From positions 682,001 through 746,000 of the forward strand of contig MU058221.1 of NCBI GenBank assembly GCA_013265495.1: 64,000 bases of DNA, in the 5' to 3' direction. Source of the stretch: Vicugna vicugna (taxonomy: Eukaryota). Below the pieces are notes generated by a model. That model ran no database searches, was not told the origin of the DNA, and saw only the letters and a list, made by a program, of their open reading frames with translations. The translations under genes and the position numbers were made by a program. Positions 61,396-64,000 of the stretch are shown here, one piece after another. Positions within the stretch are counted from its first letter, which is position 1. Every line of letters begins with the position of its first letter.

Positions 61396-62752
61396 CTGTT
61401 TCATTGGTCTATGTGTATCCCTTTACACCAGCACCACACTGTTCTGATTCCTGTAACTTTGTAATATGTTTGGAAGTCTAGAACTGTGAGGTCTCCAAAT
61501 TTGTTCTTTTTCAAAATTGTTTTGGGTATTTGAGGTCTCTTAAGAGTCTGCATTAATTTTAGGATGACTTGTTCTGTTTCTTCAAAAACACATGGGATTT
61601 TGATAGAGATCGTAGTGAACCGTAGATCACTTTGTATTGACATTTCAACAATACTAAGTGATGATGAGTTTTTGGATGTGAAAAAGGAAGAAGCACAGGC
61701 AATAAAAGCAAATGTAGACAAACTGGGCTACATGAAAATTAGACACATCTGTGCTTCAAAGGAGACAGCCAACAGAGTGAAAATGCAACCTTTGGAATGG
61801 GAGAGCAGACTTATAAATCATGTATCTGATGAAGAGTTAATATCCAGAATATACAAAGAACCAGAACTTAATAACAATTAAAAGCAGACAACCTGACTAA
61901 AAATGGGGAAATGACTTCAACAGACATATCCCCAAAGAAGAAATACAAATGGGCAATAAGCATATGAAAAGGGTTTTAAAAAGCTATGCTCAGTATCACT
62001 AATATTTCAGGAAATGCAAATCAAGACCACAATGAGGTAACACCTCACGTCCATTTAGGGTGGCTACTATCCAAAACAAAAACAGAAAATAAGATGTGTT
62101 GGTAAGGATACTGGAGAAACTGGAACCCCTGTGCACTCTTTGTTGGAAAGAAACTGATGGAGCTGTCATGAAAAACTGAATGGCGATTCCTCAAAAAATT
62201 GAAAATTGAATCACCACTTCGGGCTATACGTCCAAAATACTTTTAAGAAGTGTCTTAAAGATGTATTTGTATAGCTAAGTTTGCAGCAGCATTATTCACA
62301 AGAGCCAAAATGTGGAAGCAATCCAAGTGTGTCTAAATATGAGTAAAAGGATAAAATAATGTGGCCCATACTTTGGCATATCACTCAGACTTGAAAAGGA
62401 AGGGATTCTTGCACATTCTGGAACACAGGTGAATGTTGAGGACATCTTGCTAAGTGAAATAAGCCGATCGCAAAAAGACAAGTGCTGTATTATTCCCCTC
62501 ACGTGAATTGGCCAGGCTAGTAAAATTCATTAGACAGAAAAGAGAACCTTATTTGCGGGGGTTTATTGAAAAGGGGGGTGGACAGGAATTATTGGTCAGT
62601 GGGTATAAAGTAATGGTTTTGCAAGATGAAAGTAGTTCTGGAGATTGGTCGCACACATCGGAACTTAACTCTACTGAACTATATGGCTTAAAAGGGGTTA
62701 AATGGCAAATTTTAGGTTATGTGCTTTTCAGTACAATTAAAAATATTTTAAA
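61396..62752 (+). mobile_element. Old L1 with 5' inversion (minus-strand ORF2 piece ~61396-61659 joined to plus-strand ORF2 end and 3'UTR)
   Basis: Minus piece encodes ..KTILKKNKFGDLTVLDFQTYYK..; plus piece encodes DEFLD..AQAIKANVDKLGYMKI..LISRIYKE. Confidence 0.85.
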
Positions 62753-62932
62753 AAGTGACAATTGATACAATAGTCCTTGAAATAAAATATTTGCATCTAT
62801 TTTCAGCTTTTTCTTGTAGTATTTTAATATTATCATGAATAACTGACATTCACATCTAGATGTTTTAAAATAAATCTGCAGAATGGGAACAAATGTGTGG
62901 GGAGAAATTGACAAACACCTAAAAATAGAGGT

Positions 62933-63590
62933 CATGGCAGGTCGTCTCCGAAATGGCTTCAGTTATGTCCTCCATCCTGATATTCGTGTCTGCAGTGCCA
63001 TCCCCTCTCCTTGAGTGTGGGCTGGACCTAGAGGCTTAAAATTAATAGGATACAGCAAAGGTGACGGGACGGCATTTTTAAGGTTAGGTCACATTATACT
63101 CCCCTGTTGTTCTCAGTCTTTCTCACAGTCTGTCTGTCTGTCTGTCTCTCCCTCCTCATTTGCTCACTCTGATGAAGCAAGTTGTAGTGTTCTTAATTGC
63201 TCTTTGAAGAGGCCCCAGGCAAAAAAAACAAACAAACAAACAAAAAAACCCAACAACAACAGCAAAAAAAAAAACTGAAAAAAGACTTTGGCCAGTAGCC
63301 AGCAAGCAAAAAGGCCCTCAGCCCAATGCCCACAAAGAACCACATCCTGCCAGTGTCCATGTGAGTAGCCTTGGACGTCGATCCTTTCTCAGCAGGGCCT
63401 TGATGTGACCCCTGCCTTGGTCAACACAGGGCTTCTCATAAGACTGAACTCTTATGAGGGGCCCCAACACTCAGAGGACCCAGTCAAGCCAAGACCAGAT
63501 TTCTAATCCACTTCAATTGTGAGGTTATGATTTTTCAAGCCACTACATTCTGAAGTGTTTTGTTCGACCAAAATAGGTAATGACTAAGAC
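62933..63590 (+). mobile_element. MaLR LTR (MLT1F/G-like)
   Basis: CCTTGAGTGTGGGCTGGACCTAG, GGCCCTCAGCCCAA..ATCCTGCCA..CATGTGAGT, CAGAGGACCCAGTCAAGCC, TTTCAAGCCACTACATT. Confidence 0.85.
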
Positions 63591-64000
63591 GAATGCCATT
63601 GAGTGAGAGAGGAAAGAACTGTAAAGGAATTTACGAGACAAAGCAGACAATGCTGTCTAAGCAGAAATGATTTCCTGAAGTTTGAAGCTGTGGATGTTCA
63701 AAATTTTGCTTTTAGGTGGAAAACAAAGACCAACTACGTTTATTCTGAACACACTTTTATGATAGCCTCTGGTGTCACCATGGACCAGTCTACCCCATTT
63801 CTTCCTCAGAGGAAGCTAGCTCCCAGCGTAGTTTATAAGGTTGTATTTTACATCTACCTGTCATGTGTGCGTGTTTGGGGTTTAGAAGCTGTGGAACGGG
63901 AGGGACTGGAAAGGAATGAAGCAGGTTTCTCAGTCATTCGTAGACATACCCGCCCCAGTGTCTGAATGAACACTCAGAGTTTGAAGCGACATTTGAACTG

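Overview
Mammalian genomic DNA, very likely a camelid (camel, alpaca or llama), judged from four tRNA-Ala-derived SINEs that resemble the Camelidae vic-1 family. I recognise no host protein-coding exon, RNA gene or CRISPR array; the window reads as intergenic or deep intronic sequence dominated by transposable elements. It contains a young 5'-truncated LINE-1 with an uninterrupted 532-codon ORF2 C-terminal frame and an 11-bp TSD, two shorter copies of the same young lineage, two older L1s that keep both termini but have large internal deletions removing ORF1, a 5'-inverted L1, four solo LTRs (three with clean 4-bp TSDs), MaLR LTRs, DNA-transposon MITEs, MIR/L2 relics, microsatellites and two ~140-bp tandem duplications. 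The most notable signals are the two ORF1-less 5'UTR-to-ORF2 L1 fusions (splice-like or microhomology junctions) and short bursts of AT-to-GC/CpG gain inside old repeats, suggestive of GC-biased gene conversion. Repeat family names come from recalled consensus sequences, not a database search. I found no convincing novel protein-based system.
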